Part shown: in pieces, positions 13,264 to 22,762 of the stretch
Numbering within the stretch: position 1 is the first letter of the stretch
Layout of the letters: every line of letters begins with the position of its first letter
Assembly (NCBI GenBank): GCA_043228905.1
Contig: JBHGNT010000004.1
Span: 2,790,001 to 2,854,000 of the forward strand
Direction of reading: 5' to 3'
Length of the DNA: 64,000 nt
Source: Azolla caroliniana
Taxonomy: Eukaryota > Plantae > Polypodiophyta
Translations under genes and position numbers: made by a program
Notes under the pieces: model-generated
What the model was told of the DNA's origin: nothing
What the model saw: the letters and a program-made list of their open reading frames with translations, nothing else
The model's database searches: none

Positions 13264-14327
13264 GATGTCATGATCACAGTAGGGACACCTCCAACCATAT
13301 AAAGAGATTGGACTCCGGGGTATTTTGTATTGCTTTTCACATCTTGACTTTGTATGTTCTGCACATACCTCGCTCATAAGAATATTCTAATCGTATGGGC
13401 AATGTCAACATGGTATGTAGGCTTATCTTAGGGTTTCTCAACCCTTTTTTATTGCTTTTGTGATGCATGCATCTAGTTGATGATGTTTCCCACCTCCATT
13501 GTTTTGTGTGTGATTGGAACGAATGTTGCTATCTCTCTTACGTGCAAATATGTGTGCTCATGAGAGGAAGTGTCAGTGTCATGTTTGGTGATTGTGTATC
13601 ACATGCTTTGATTGAATGAGAGTTTCTCGTAGGGGTGCAACAGACAAAACAAGCTCGTTGTTGTTGAATTCCTAATTACTGTTGTGACTTTGAGTTAGCC
13701 TGCAAAAGGAGGCTTTTACGTAAAGGTTGTGGAAATACATCTCTATTTTATGTTTGGTCACACAAAGGCTTTAGGAACATTACTAGGCTGTTTAAAGAGG
13801 TTACGACATTGGCACATCTAAATCTCGGACGTATTGTGGCAATCAAACGAAAAGAATCTTATGTTTGATTACTTACATTCCTCGCATCCACATGTCTATG
13901 CCTGCTTTTCATTCAATTTGTGAGCTTAAGCCCATCATGTCTATCTATAACACATTGTTTTTTTTTGTCAATCTAGTGCACTCAAGAGTTCATATTCAAG
14001 GCTCAATCCAAGTCCATCTTCTATTCCCTGGATATCGGCGTTGTATGCGAGTCTCATAGGATCGTCGACAGTAAAACGATGTGGGCATGTATTTCCACAT
14101 ATCGATTGTTCGTTTATTCGTGTCTTAGTTCACAGTCATCGTGATGGTGTAAGTGAGAGGACACGTGACCATCATTAAACCAATGCCCAAGAATGTATGT
14201 ATGCATGCATAGCATGTATGTATGCATGCATAACATGTATGTATGTATACATGCATGCATGACTAGAAAGGTCCTAGAGCAGTGTCTAACTATTATTAAT
14301 GCCCTGAGTGTGAAAACGAGACGAAAC

Positions 14328-14400
14328 CAAACCCTAACCCTAACCCTAACCCTGAGCCTGAGCCTACCTCTCGTTTCCGCCTTCTTCTTCTACTTATTAA
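14328..14400 (+). promoter_or_regulatory. Telo-box (AAACCCTA extended into CCCTAA repeats) and TATA-like element upstream of the snoRNA cluster
   Basis: aaaccctaaccctaaccctaaccctga at 14328 and cttattaaaagg at about 14393. Telo-boxes are typical of plant snoRNA and ribosome-biogenesis promoters. Confidence 0.6.
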
Positions 14401-14470
14401 AAGGAGAGGTGAATGCAAAGCCCCTTCACATTGAGCGAGTCGGTAGATGCAGGTACTCGATCTCCTCGTC

Positions 14471-14562
14471 TGTCTGTGAGGACAAAAACTCTTGCCTGAT
14501 CCGTCTGTAAATCCTTGCGTTTGGCGGTTATGAAGGCTAATGCAGAAATTTGGTCTGAGATA
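14471..14562 (+). ncRNA. Candidate C/D box snoRNA with 18S rRNA antisense element
   Basis: C box GTGAGGA 14476-14482, D' CTGA 14496-14499, D CTGA 14555-14558, terminal stem tgtc/gata. Guide GCAGAAATTTGG (14542-14553) is complementary to 18S UCAAAUUUCUGC. Confidence 0.6.
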
Positions 14563-14701
14563 ATGAAATTCCTGCTCGGAGCTCCTCACGAGTAGTTGTA
14601 GATTGTCAAGTCTGTCTAGCCATCTCTGCTGGAGCTGGTAAGCTGGATATGCTCCTGTCTGCTTTTCTGCAAGATGATAATTTGGTTCCTAGGTTTTCCT
14701 G

Positions 14702-14856
14702 TGCACATTCACTACCCCGGGCTGCTCCTCTTTTTAATCCTATGGAAGTTGTGGCCCCTGTTAATGTGCTAGATCCATGTGCTCTGTGTTGCAGTCATCT
14801 CTACGACTGTACATTGAAGTCTGTGGGATGCCTGTGTCAAAATGAGTTCCACATTT
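14702..14856 (+). ncRNA. H/ACA snoRNA, snR35/SNORA13-type guide for the 18S m1acp3-pseudouridine site
   Basis: Two hairpins (gcacatt/aatgtgc; gctc/gagt with a strong upper stem) and ACA at 14851-14853 followed by ttt. The 3' pocket TGTGTT (14785-14790) and GTCAAA (14836-14841, starting 15 nt before ACA) pairs with 18S UUUGAC-U-C-AACACG. The H box (AGATCC) is non-canonical. Confidence 0.8.
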
Positions 14857-14931
14857 TTGTTTTTCTGCTTCTCAATCGTTTGTACTTTCATATGCCATTT
14901 AGGCTTTTGATGTTCTCATTGAACTAGGATA

Positions 14932-15107
14932 TTTCTAATTGAGCCTCACCTCGTTAGGGTCCTCGTGTACACTTTGTTTCCGCCATGTGATCATTTCCCG
15001 AGTTTCGATTAGAAAGTACGTCCTAATTCATGGCGATGGACTAGAGTCACTTACGTGCTGAAATGAATTCGATAGCACGATTCAAGCGCTGAAAGTCGCC
15101 TACATTT
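14932..15107 (+). ncRNA. H/ACA snoRNA, snR11-type guide for 25S rRNA, probably a dual guide
   Basis: H box AAAGTA 15013-15018; 3' hairpin ggcgat/gtcgcc with inner cgtgct/agcacg; ACA 15102-15104. Pocket GGACTAGAGTC plus GCT (starting 14 nt before ACA) pairs with 25S AGC-U-U-GACUCUAGUCC. 5' pocket GAGCCTC plus CCcGAGTTTC pairs with 25S GAAACUCUGG-U-G-GAGGCUC (one mismatch). Confidence 0.75.
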
Positions 15108-15310
15108 ATGTTTTGGGATGGTTTTTTCTTAATGGGTGGATTGTTAATCTAAACACTGCTCTTTTCTTATCTCCCTACAGTTCAATTCCATTCTAATGCA
15201 TGTGGTATTAATTTCTATGAATCTCCCAGGTCTTCTAAATACCTACCGCAAGCAGAATAATTGACTGCGGTTTCACAATAGTTTCCTCTGTCCATGTTGA
15301 ATAGGGCACT

Positions 15311-15383
15311 GTCACGTGATGATGAAATTACTGCAACAATATGATCATGAATGATTACTTTTCATATTTAAGTCTCTGATGAC
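15311..15383 (+). ncRNA. snoR13: C/D box snoRNA, snoR13-like dual guide (18S and 25S)
   Basis: Terminal stem GTCA/TGAC, C box GTGATGA 15316-15322, D' ATGA 15341-15344, D CTGA 15376-15379. D' guide ACTGCAACAAT pairs with 18S GUUGUUGCAGU; D guide TATTTAAGTC pairs with 25S GACUUAAAUA. The family name is recalled. Confidence 0.85.
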
Positions 15384-15640
15384 ATGCCCCGATTAGTATA
15401 TTAGAATGTTTTATAGTGCAAAGAAGACCATTATGTTATATCATTTCTCCCATATCCTTCTCGTAGCTACCTAATTGGGGACTGAAGCAATACATGAATA
15501 ATTGACAAAGAACGTAGTAAATCTAGATAGTAACGGAAGAATGTAGTAAATCTGCATAGTAAAGTTATCTACCGGTGTTTGAGGTGAATTTTCCCTAGTG
15601 ATTATTAAACATTTAGATATTTGCTTATAGTTACGAGGCT

Positions 15641-15857
15641 TGAACAGATTAAACATTAAGATTCATTCGTGTGGCAGACGCTTCTCAGGTGCATATAACA
15701 TATTAGTAGTTAAATCAATGAACATGCAGTCATCTACTCTTTTCTTCATAATATGTGGGCGTGAACAGATTAAACATCTGGATTCATTAGTGTGACAGAC
15801 ACATCCGAGGTGTATAACAGATTACCATTTAAATCAATGAACATACAGTAATTTACA
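15641..15857. repeat. Tandem duplication, about 120-bp period
   Basis: tgaacagattaaacat...taaatcaatgaacat at 15641 and 15762. Confidence 0.85.
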
Positions 15858-15909
15858 CGATACATCATATATGCCTCAAACTAATTAAGACATTGTACTG
15901 TTCGAAAAT

Positions 15910-16588
15910 AGTAAGTGCAATAAAAAGCTGTTGATACTCATGAAAGATTAGATTTCTCATTTTGGTAGACTGTTTAATGAGTCATGCATGCTCACGAGCA
16001 AATGAGTATCCAATGATTTCGTCGTAGAAAGATTTATTTAAAGATATTATAAAGAATTATGTAATAACAAACAGTTTAGATGCATTTAGGAAGGGGAGGG
16101 TTATTATTTTTACGAATAAGAACTTTTACGAGTATACTGCTGTAACAATGAAAATGCTTTCGACTAGTGAAATCTGTCGTCGTATAGCAGACGTCGGGAG
16201 CAATAAAAAACGAGAAATACTTGTATGGACGATAGTCGTTTGTAAGTGCAATAAAAAGCTGTTGATACTCATGAAAGATTAGATGTCTCATTTTGGTAGA
16301 CTGTTTAATAAGTCATGCGTGCTATACAACAGTCAATGCACGAGCAAATGAGTATCCAATGAATTCGTTTTAGAAAGATTTATTTAAAGATATTATAAAG
16401 AATTATGTAATAACAAATAGTTACGATGCATTTAGGAAGGGGAGGGTTATTATCTTTCACGAATAAGAACATTACGAGTATACTGCTGTAACAATGAAAA
16501 TGTTTTCGACTAGAGAAATCTGTCGTCGTATAGCAAGTGCCGGGAGCAATAAAAAACGAGAAATACTTGCATGGACGATAGTCGTTTT
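15910..16588. repeat. Tandem duplication, about 330-bp period
   Basis: gtaagtgcaataaaaagctgttgatactcatgaaagattag...atggacgatagtcgttt at about 15910 and about 16242, high identity. Confidence 0.92.
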
Positions 16589-17557
16589 GAACGCATGTGG
16601 AGCTTGCTCGGTAAAAACAAAAGGAGATTTATATCTGGCCAATAACAATGAAGGGCATTCCTGTAGGTTGTCGTTGCGTTGGTAACCAAACATTACTTTT
16701 GAGTTAAGGAATTTCTTAAGCTCTGCATGAAGAAGCAAAGTCCTGTTGATGGATTGGTTGGGAGAACGTAGTTATATGAGATCAGTTTAAACTCAATTAG
16801 ACATTGTAAAATGATATTTTGGACACGAAAAGGAGTGAAGTGGAGGAGTCTTTAAGTTTTCGGTGCACGAGAAAAGGCTCTAGGGAATTGCAATTTACAA
16901 GAGATTTGTAGTAAGCGGGGATTTAAAATTTTAGGGTTTTGGTGGTCAAAGTTTGGATGTGTCCTATGAAGCGAATCATAGTTGGCTCCTCAGACATCTG
17001 TTCTGAATGTAAAGCTAAATTAATTAGAAACAAGATTGTGGAATGGAAAATTGCGAATTTTATGTCAGTTTTTTAGAGCAAGGTTTTAGTTAAGAGAAGC
17101 CAACTGGAAATGGCTGCCTTGATTTGAGAAACTTCCTCATTTTATTAAAATCAAACTCTACAACAGACTTTTAATTTTACCAAATGGGAAATGAACGCTT
17201 TTCAGTAAATAACAGAATTAATTAAGTAATGAAGTTTCGTAAATCTACAGATCAATCGACAGACTGAAATATTACACGGTTCAAATGTTTAAAATCAAGT
17301 TCACAGAGGTTAGGCTACACAGCCTCTAAGAAGAGAGTTATTCCTTTCTATGAGTATATTTTATGCAACCAATGGTTCCTGCACCAAATTGCGATCATAA
17401 CACAACACCTTTATATATATATGGTAAAGAGCTCGAGAAACATAGATATGATACGATTGTCCATATTCTGTCCTGTAAAAGAAAGTCTGGCTTTCGGTAA
17501 TGGAATCCAAGCTTTCAACAAGAAGAATTGTTCGTATAAAAAGAATGGAAAGAAGAC

Positions 17558-18187
17558 CTAAAACGGTCTTGAAGTATTGTAATGTGTGGTTGGTGGTTCA
17601 GAGTTAGGGTAGCCTGGAGGGGGGTAGCCATGGACATATTCTTGTGATTCTGATCCAAATTCCCGTTGGTTGCCATTAAAAGTAGGATAGCCAGGAGGAG
17701 GGTTAGAATAAGCTTGTCCATGATAAGCTTGTGGACCTGATGGCGATGGTTGTGTTGGTTGATGGGGAGAAGATCCATGACCTCCAAGGCCATGGCCTAG
17801 ATCTGGATGAGAAGAAGAGGAGACATGACCTGGTTTTCCATGTTTGGCTTCATAGCTATGAAGGTAACCTTGTGCTTTCTGTGCATACTTGCCAAAGGAG
17901 GTTTCATCGAGCTTGCCATAATGTGAGACAGCACCGATCAGCGTCCCCGTCGCGCCGGCGAGCTGTGCCTTGTCTAAATCTGCCGAGGAATCGTCGGTCT
18001 TGTGGATCTTCGTTTTCGCCACGTTTAATACAGTTTGCGCGCTCGAGTAGATCTCTCCATAGGAGGGCTTCGTATGTCCATGAGAGGGGGTACCATGCTG
18101 GTTAGGGTTAGGGTTAGGGTTAGGTTTGGTGAGAAATGAGGAGGCTGTTGATAGCACATCAGAGAGGCCTCGATCTTTGTCAGCCAT
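17558..18187 (-). CDS. Nodulin-related protein 1/2 (NRP)-like, 209 aa, single exon, with Gly/His/Pro-rich tail
   Basis: IYSSAQTVLNVA..DKAQLAGATGTLIGAVSHYGKLDETSFGKYAQKAQGYLHSY matches the NRP1/NRP2 family core. Confidence 0.8.
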   Translation of the reverse strand: MADKDRGLSDVLSTASSFLTKPNPNPNPNQHGTPSHGHTKPSYGEIYSSAQTVLNVAKTKIHKTDDSSADLDKAQLAGATGTLIGAVSHYGKLDETSFGKYAQKAQGYLHSYEAKHGKPGHVSSSSHPDLGHGLGGHGSSPHQPTQPSPSGPQAYHGQAYSNPPPGYPTFNGNQREFGSESQEYVHGYPPPGYPNSEPPTTHYNTSRPF

Positions 18188-18594
18188 TTTTGTTTGTTGG
18201 ATTTGGTGTGCTGGCTATTTATGGCTTCCTTGCTCTGTCTGTTTCGTTAGGGTTGATTGCACAGAGAGGATTTGAATGGAAGGAAGTGTATACAGATTTC
18301 GATCAGGTGTATGAGAATGTATGTACACACAATATATATATATATATATATATATGTCTCTCGCACACACGTCTTCGTGTTGATGATCATTTATTTTTTT
18401 CTTCATTTACATCGTATGTACTCGTGTGAGAGCGTGTCTCTCAAAATCCTTCTGTTTTTTATAAACTTCCTTTTTCCATGTTGGGGTTCTAAACCGTGTC
18501 GTGTGTGTGCACGATCATTTTTGACTAATAATAAAAAATGTGACATATTGGAGGAATTTTGGACTTATCGGCGGAGGAACTCGGTGGAACACCA

Positions 18595-18613
18595 ACACAC
18601 ACACACACATACA

Positions 18614-18646
<33 letters not shown>

Positions 18647-18666
18647 TCTCTCTCTCTCTCTCTCTC
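18595..18666. repeat. (CA)n(TC)n compound microsatellite
   Basis: Direct reading. Confidence 0.95.
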
Positions 18667-18931
18667 ACGAATGATTCTTCTTCTTCTTTCCCTCGTCGAT
18701 TGAGAATATCACGAATGCCGCTCTTGTTCTTTGCATTGTTGATGGAGAATCATGAGATTCAGGCTCCACATATTGGGCGAACTACCGATTTACACTCTTG
18801 GTTCTACACATTTTCTGTAATTTCAATACATATTTACTTGCCCTAATTAATACCAAAATTATGAGTTTATTCTACATACACCAAGAATTGTGGAACAGTT
18901 TTTTTGCGTATGCTAGGCGCTATGATCAATG

Positions 18932-19156
18932 ATATGCTTTACTTCCAAGGCCAATGATTCCAAGAATTTAGTTGGGGGGGGAGGTCCTTTTGCCACTTTC
19001 AATCCATGTTACTCATAGGGAATGAAATGTGAGTGATGACCTTGATTCTAATATGCTTTACTTCCAAGGCCAATGATTCGAAGAATTTAGTTGGGGGTTC
19101 CTTTTGCCACTTTCAACCCATGTTACTCATAGGGAATGAAATGTGAGTGATGACCA
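18932..19156. repeat. Tandem duplication, about 120-bp period
   Basis: atatgctttacttccaaggccaatgattc...gaaatgtgagtgatgacc occurs twice. Confidence 0.92.
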
Positions 19157-21568
19157 TAAATTGAATCGAAGCCATGAGGTAGCGTAGTTAGTGGCAAAAT
19201 CTATTTAGAAATATGAAGAAGTCGCAATATTGTAGATTTGCCCCCTTACAAAATTTGAAACAAACACTTGAAGATCATGGATCAAATTCATACAAGTGAA
19301 CAAAATATCGACATGCACTAGATTTGTCATTTGTATTTGTCGGAGAGTTCAAAATATCTCAAATATGCTTCTCAACAATGAGAGTATACAAACATGTGTC
19401 AACATTCAATTATCCTTCAAAAAAGAAGATAATATCCATTGTGGAAGATTATGTGTTGGAATGAAATAATAATGTATTTCAAGATACTCATTGTGGGATG
19501 CACATGCACTTTGGCTTACTTGTGGATAAATCTCTCAAGTTTATAAAATATGAAGTCAAATACGTCAAGGCAAGTGTAGATGCAACTATAAAATGTGGTT
19601 CTACATGATAAAAAAAGGAAGTTATTGATACATATGAACAAGTTGCTTATCCACATTATGTTTCATGTTAAGTTTACATTCTTTGTATATTTTACTTAAA
19701 AGGCTTGTCTAGTATGGATCCTAATGGTGCACGTTACAATCAAGCAACATCGGTATGACCTCAATCAACAGAAAAGAACACAGCTTATCTAGATGGAAAG
19801 GGGCTTGTAATAATGAGTGCTGCCAAGGTATGTTAAGCCTACCAGAAGCACTTGCACTCATTATACCCTTAAGTAAATTATACAACAGCTCAAGAATTAA
19901 TTGAGTAAATGAATGCCATTGAATAGCAAGAGAATTTAGGAGGAAACAAATGTTGGTGTATGATTCATGGAAGTGATTATTCTCCCTTTTCTAATATTAT
20001 ATGCTTTACATGAAGGGTGTGAAAAATAACATTGAGAGCTTATTTTCAAGATTCCATGGAGTTTTAGAGTGTCCATGATGTTGATTGAACTTGCAAGCTT
20101 GAAAGCATGTCCTATGAAGTTCTAGGATCCATAAGGGTCTGAATGGTGTTGGCTTACTTTGTTGATGGGTAGGCCCCTGGCTACCAAACAGAAAAGCACA
20201 ACTGAACACCTTTAATAATAGAAGATTGTCCCAAATAAAGAATCTATCTTCCAATATATGTTGTAATGAAAGACAAGTTCCATACTTAAGTTACGGAGTA
20301 AATTACAACTTGATCAAAATTACAATAAATCGATATATTGCCATGCAAAACATGATTATTTGAAAAAATGAAAACTTATACTACTTATCATAGAACTGTA
20401 AGTCACATGAACCTTCAGGTTGATTCATTAACAGAGTACATGTTTTCTCCAGACATAAACACAAAGTTAAACTAATCTAGAAACTGCTTTATCGAACCCA
20501 ACATGTAAAGAGCTACTTCATTTTTTGCTTTATGTACACATTATTAGTCTCCTCAAGTGATTCTAGAAAACAAATTATTAGTCTCCTCACACAGCCTAAT
20601 TCAAATACATGCAAGTTGCAGTCTTTTCATACTTAGTCAGGTAACTTATATATTACACGCACATACACCAATAACGGAAAAGAAGTTTAAAAACAAGCAA
20701 AGAAGTTTACCTTTACTGCTTCCTCATGAGCTTTTGCTAAACTTCCATCTCACTTCTGTGATAGATAATTAGGCTTCACAATATCATACAGTTATAACAT
20801 ATTCAAACCCCTTTGCAATATATTTGCGAAATAGTTAGAATTGATGTTAAATCAAGAAGATTCTCCATAAATTTAGCTGCAACATGCTGTGAAATTTTCA
20901 GATCAACAATGAAATATAAAAGCAACATAGTGGAAATGCATTATCTCAATTCCATCAAGTCCACTGAATTAACTACAATGGAGGCCTTCAGCGAGTACAC
21001 TGAAATAAATTCTTTTAAATCCCCGAGGCTAGCTTTTAACAATGATGTCTCCATCAATTTATTTCCCATGTGCTCTCTTTCCAACCAGAATTTGCCTCGA
21101 ACAAACTATATTATTAACAAGTTATCCATCTTGATGATGAAATCATAAAGAGCACATTGTGCTACATGTGCATCCACAGAATGTCATATTTGTAAGAGGC
21201 CAACAAAGAAATGCCATGTGTGCAACTCTGAGAAAATTGGTTTTGATCAGTAGAAGGGGAAACCATATCAGTTGTAGCCACGAATTCAGCTTATGAGCAT
21301 TCAATTTCACACCTTCCATTAGCGAAAGGGCACGGAAAGTGAATTAAGATGCTAACAATTAACTGGAAAAATAATGGTTGTCCAGTAAGACACAGGTTGT
21401 GAGCTCAAATCCTCCTCCCCCATTAAGAGAAAAATAGCTGAAAAATAAATTGGTCGTAAAATATACAGCAGAGATGTCAATGATAATCTCAATTTACAAC
21501 AGCCCACACTGGGATAGAAATACCACGAATACCATAACATTTCCTGCTTTACATTGTTCTTTTAACAA

Positions 21569-22762
21569 TCAATGCTTCTCACAAGACATCGGAAGATTTG
21601 ATATTCTTGACCACAACTTCAAATCTCTATTATATAGTACCAAAATTTCATGCAAAGAGTCAGTTGTAAACTGTAAAACCACCAGATTCCGGTTAGCAAG
21701 ACACTGGATTTGCCATTCTTTCTCAGTGCCATCAGGTATCTCGAGAGAGAAGAGCTTGGGCATTGTTTCTACTTTCACCCATGACATCCTTGTTGAATGC
21801 AATTCCCACTCAGAGAATGAGGTATATTCATTCTCCTTTTGCAGAGCCAGTAGGTATATCCTCCCTCTGTACTCTGAGAGTATATGATTCCAGGTTTGCT
21901 CTGGCCATGGCACATACAACCTACTCCAAGACCCTGTTATGGTATCATATGTCACCACATCATACAAAGGCCCTGTGATAAGGTAAAGAATCCCATCAAC
22001 TGAAACACTTCTAGAGGGAAGCACAGATTGTGGAGATAAATACACATTGGGAGGCAACTTCCCAGGTTTGCTCCATCGATTACTGTAAGAGTCAAAGACT
22101 TGATAATGTCCAGATTCCTTGACAATTATAACGGTGAACCCTTCTGATTCATCTGTCACAACCCAAACTTTGTCTCTGTCCAAACCTACACCCCTTCTTT
22201 TAAGGGTAAGAGGGCTACAAGATTTGGTAAGAGGATTGTAAACAAAGAATAAGCTATTATCAATGCTTTTGAAACACACAAGATTTGCCCCTATGCTGAA
22301 TGGATGCATATCATTATGGGCTGCTGTATGTGGGTGTGGGAGGTGATGCCATATATCCAAAGTTACATCATATGCTACAATTTGCCTTCTATCTGGAAAA
22401 ACAGCAAGACACCATGGTCCTTTACTAGGTGTTCTGTAGCATAGGTGAGCATAACCATAGGAGCTTATGTAAGCTTTCCATGCTTTGCATACAGAACGAG
22501 CACGCAGCATTGCATCAATTGGAAGATTCCCTATAATTCTTTCAATCAATTCCACGGGAAGTTTACCCCATAAGCCTTGTTCCATCAGTAATTCATGTGG
22601 AGGAGACCAGAAACGACCATATCTTGACCTCTGTTCAGACCATGCACTAAAGCATCTAGATGATGAAACCTCGCTATTTGCATTGTTCCTATCACATACA
22701 TCAGCACATGCACTAGACAAAGACATTGATCTGCTTAGCATTTTCTGACTACGTGTCCTCAT
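21569..22762 (-). CDS. F-box protein with kelch/F-box-associated beta-propeller, about 397 aa, intronless CDS
   Basis: LWGKLPVELIERIIGNLPIDAMLRARSVCKAWK F-box, followed by VAYD..W, FFVYNPLTK, VSVDGILY repeats. A likely 5' UTR intron runs from about 22838 to 24200. Confidence 0.9.
   Translation of the reverse strand: MRTRSQKMLSRSMSLSSACADVCDRNNANSEVSSSRCFSAWSEQRSRYGRFWSPPHELLMEQGLWGKLPVELIERIIGNLPIDAMLRARSVCKAWKAYISSYGYAHLCYRTPSKGPWCLAVFPDRRQIVAYDVTLDIWHHLPHPHTAAHNDMHPFSIGANLVCFKSIDNSLFFVYNPLTKSCSPLTLKRRGVGLDRDKVWVVTDESEGFTVIIVKESGHYQVFDSYSNRWSKPGKLPPNVYLSPQSVLPSRSVSVDGILYLITGPLYDVVTYDTITGSWSRLYVPWPEQTWNHILSEYRGRIYLLALQKENEYTSFSEWELHSTRMSWVKVETMPKLFSLEIPDGTEKEWQIQCLANRNLVVLQFTTDSLHEILVLYNRDLKLWSRISNLPMSCEKH

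Noticed and set aside
14328-14352. Interstitial telomere
   Set aside because: Only about four units in a promoter position; better explained as an expanded telo-box.
14925-15024. Possible U17/snR30 homologue (ATATTTCTA resembles motif m1)
   Set aside because: The motif is not in the ACA-proximal hairpin, there is no m2, and the pockets fit ordinary 25S targets better.
15153-15312. Possible additional H/ACA RNA (AGAATA H-like box, long-range stem)
   Set aside because: No ACA box or convincing rRNA target; it overlaps a strong splice acceptor and is more likely a host exon.
15910-16588. Repeat array resembling CRISPR or an LTR pair
   Set aside because: Only two long adjacent copies, with no spacers, no TG..CA ends or internal domain, and a eukaryotic context.
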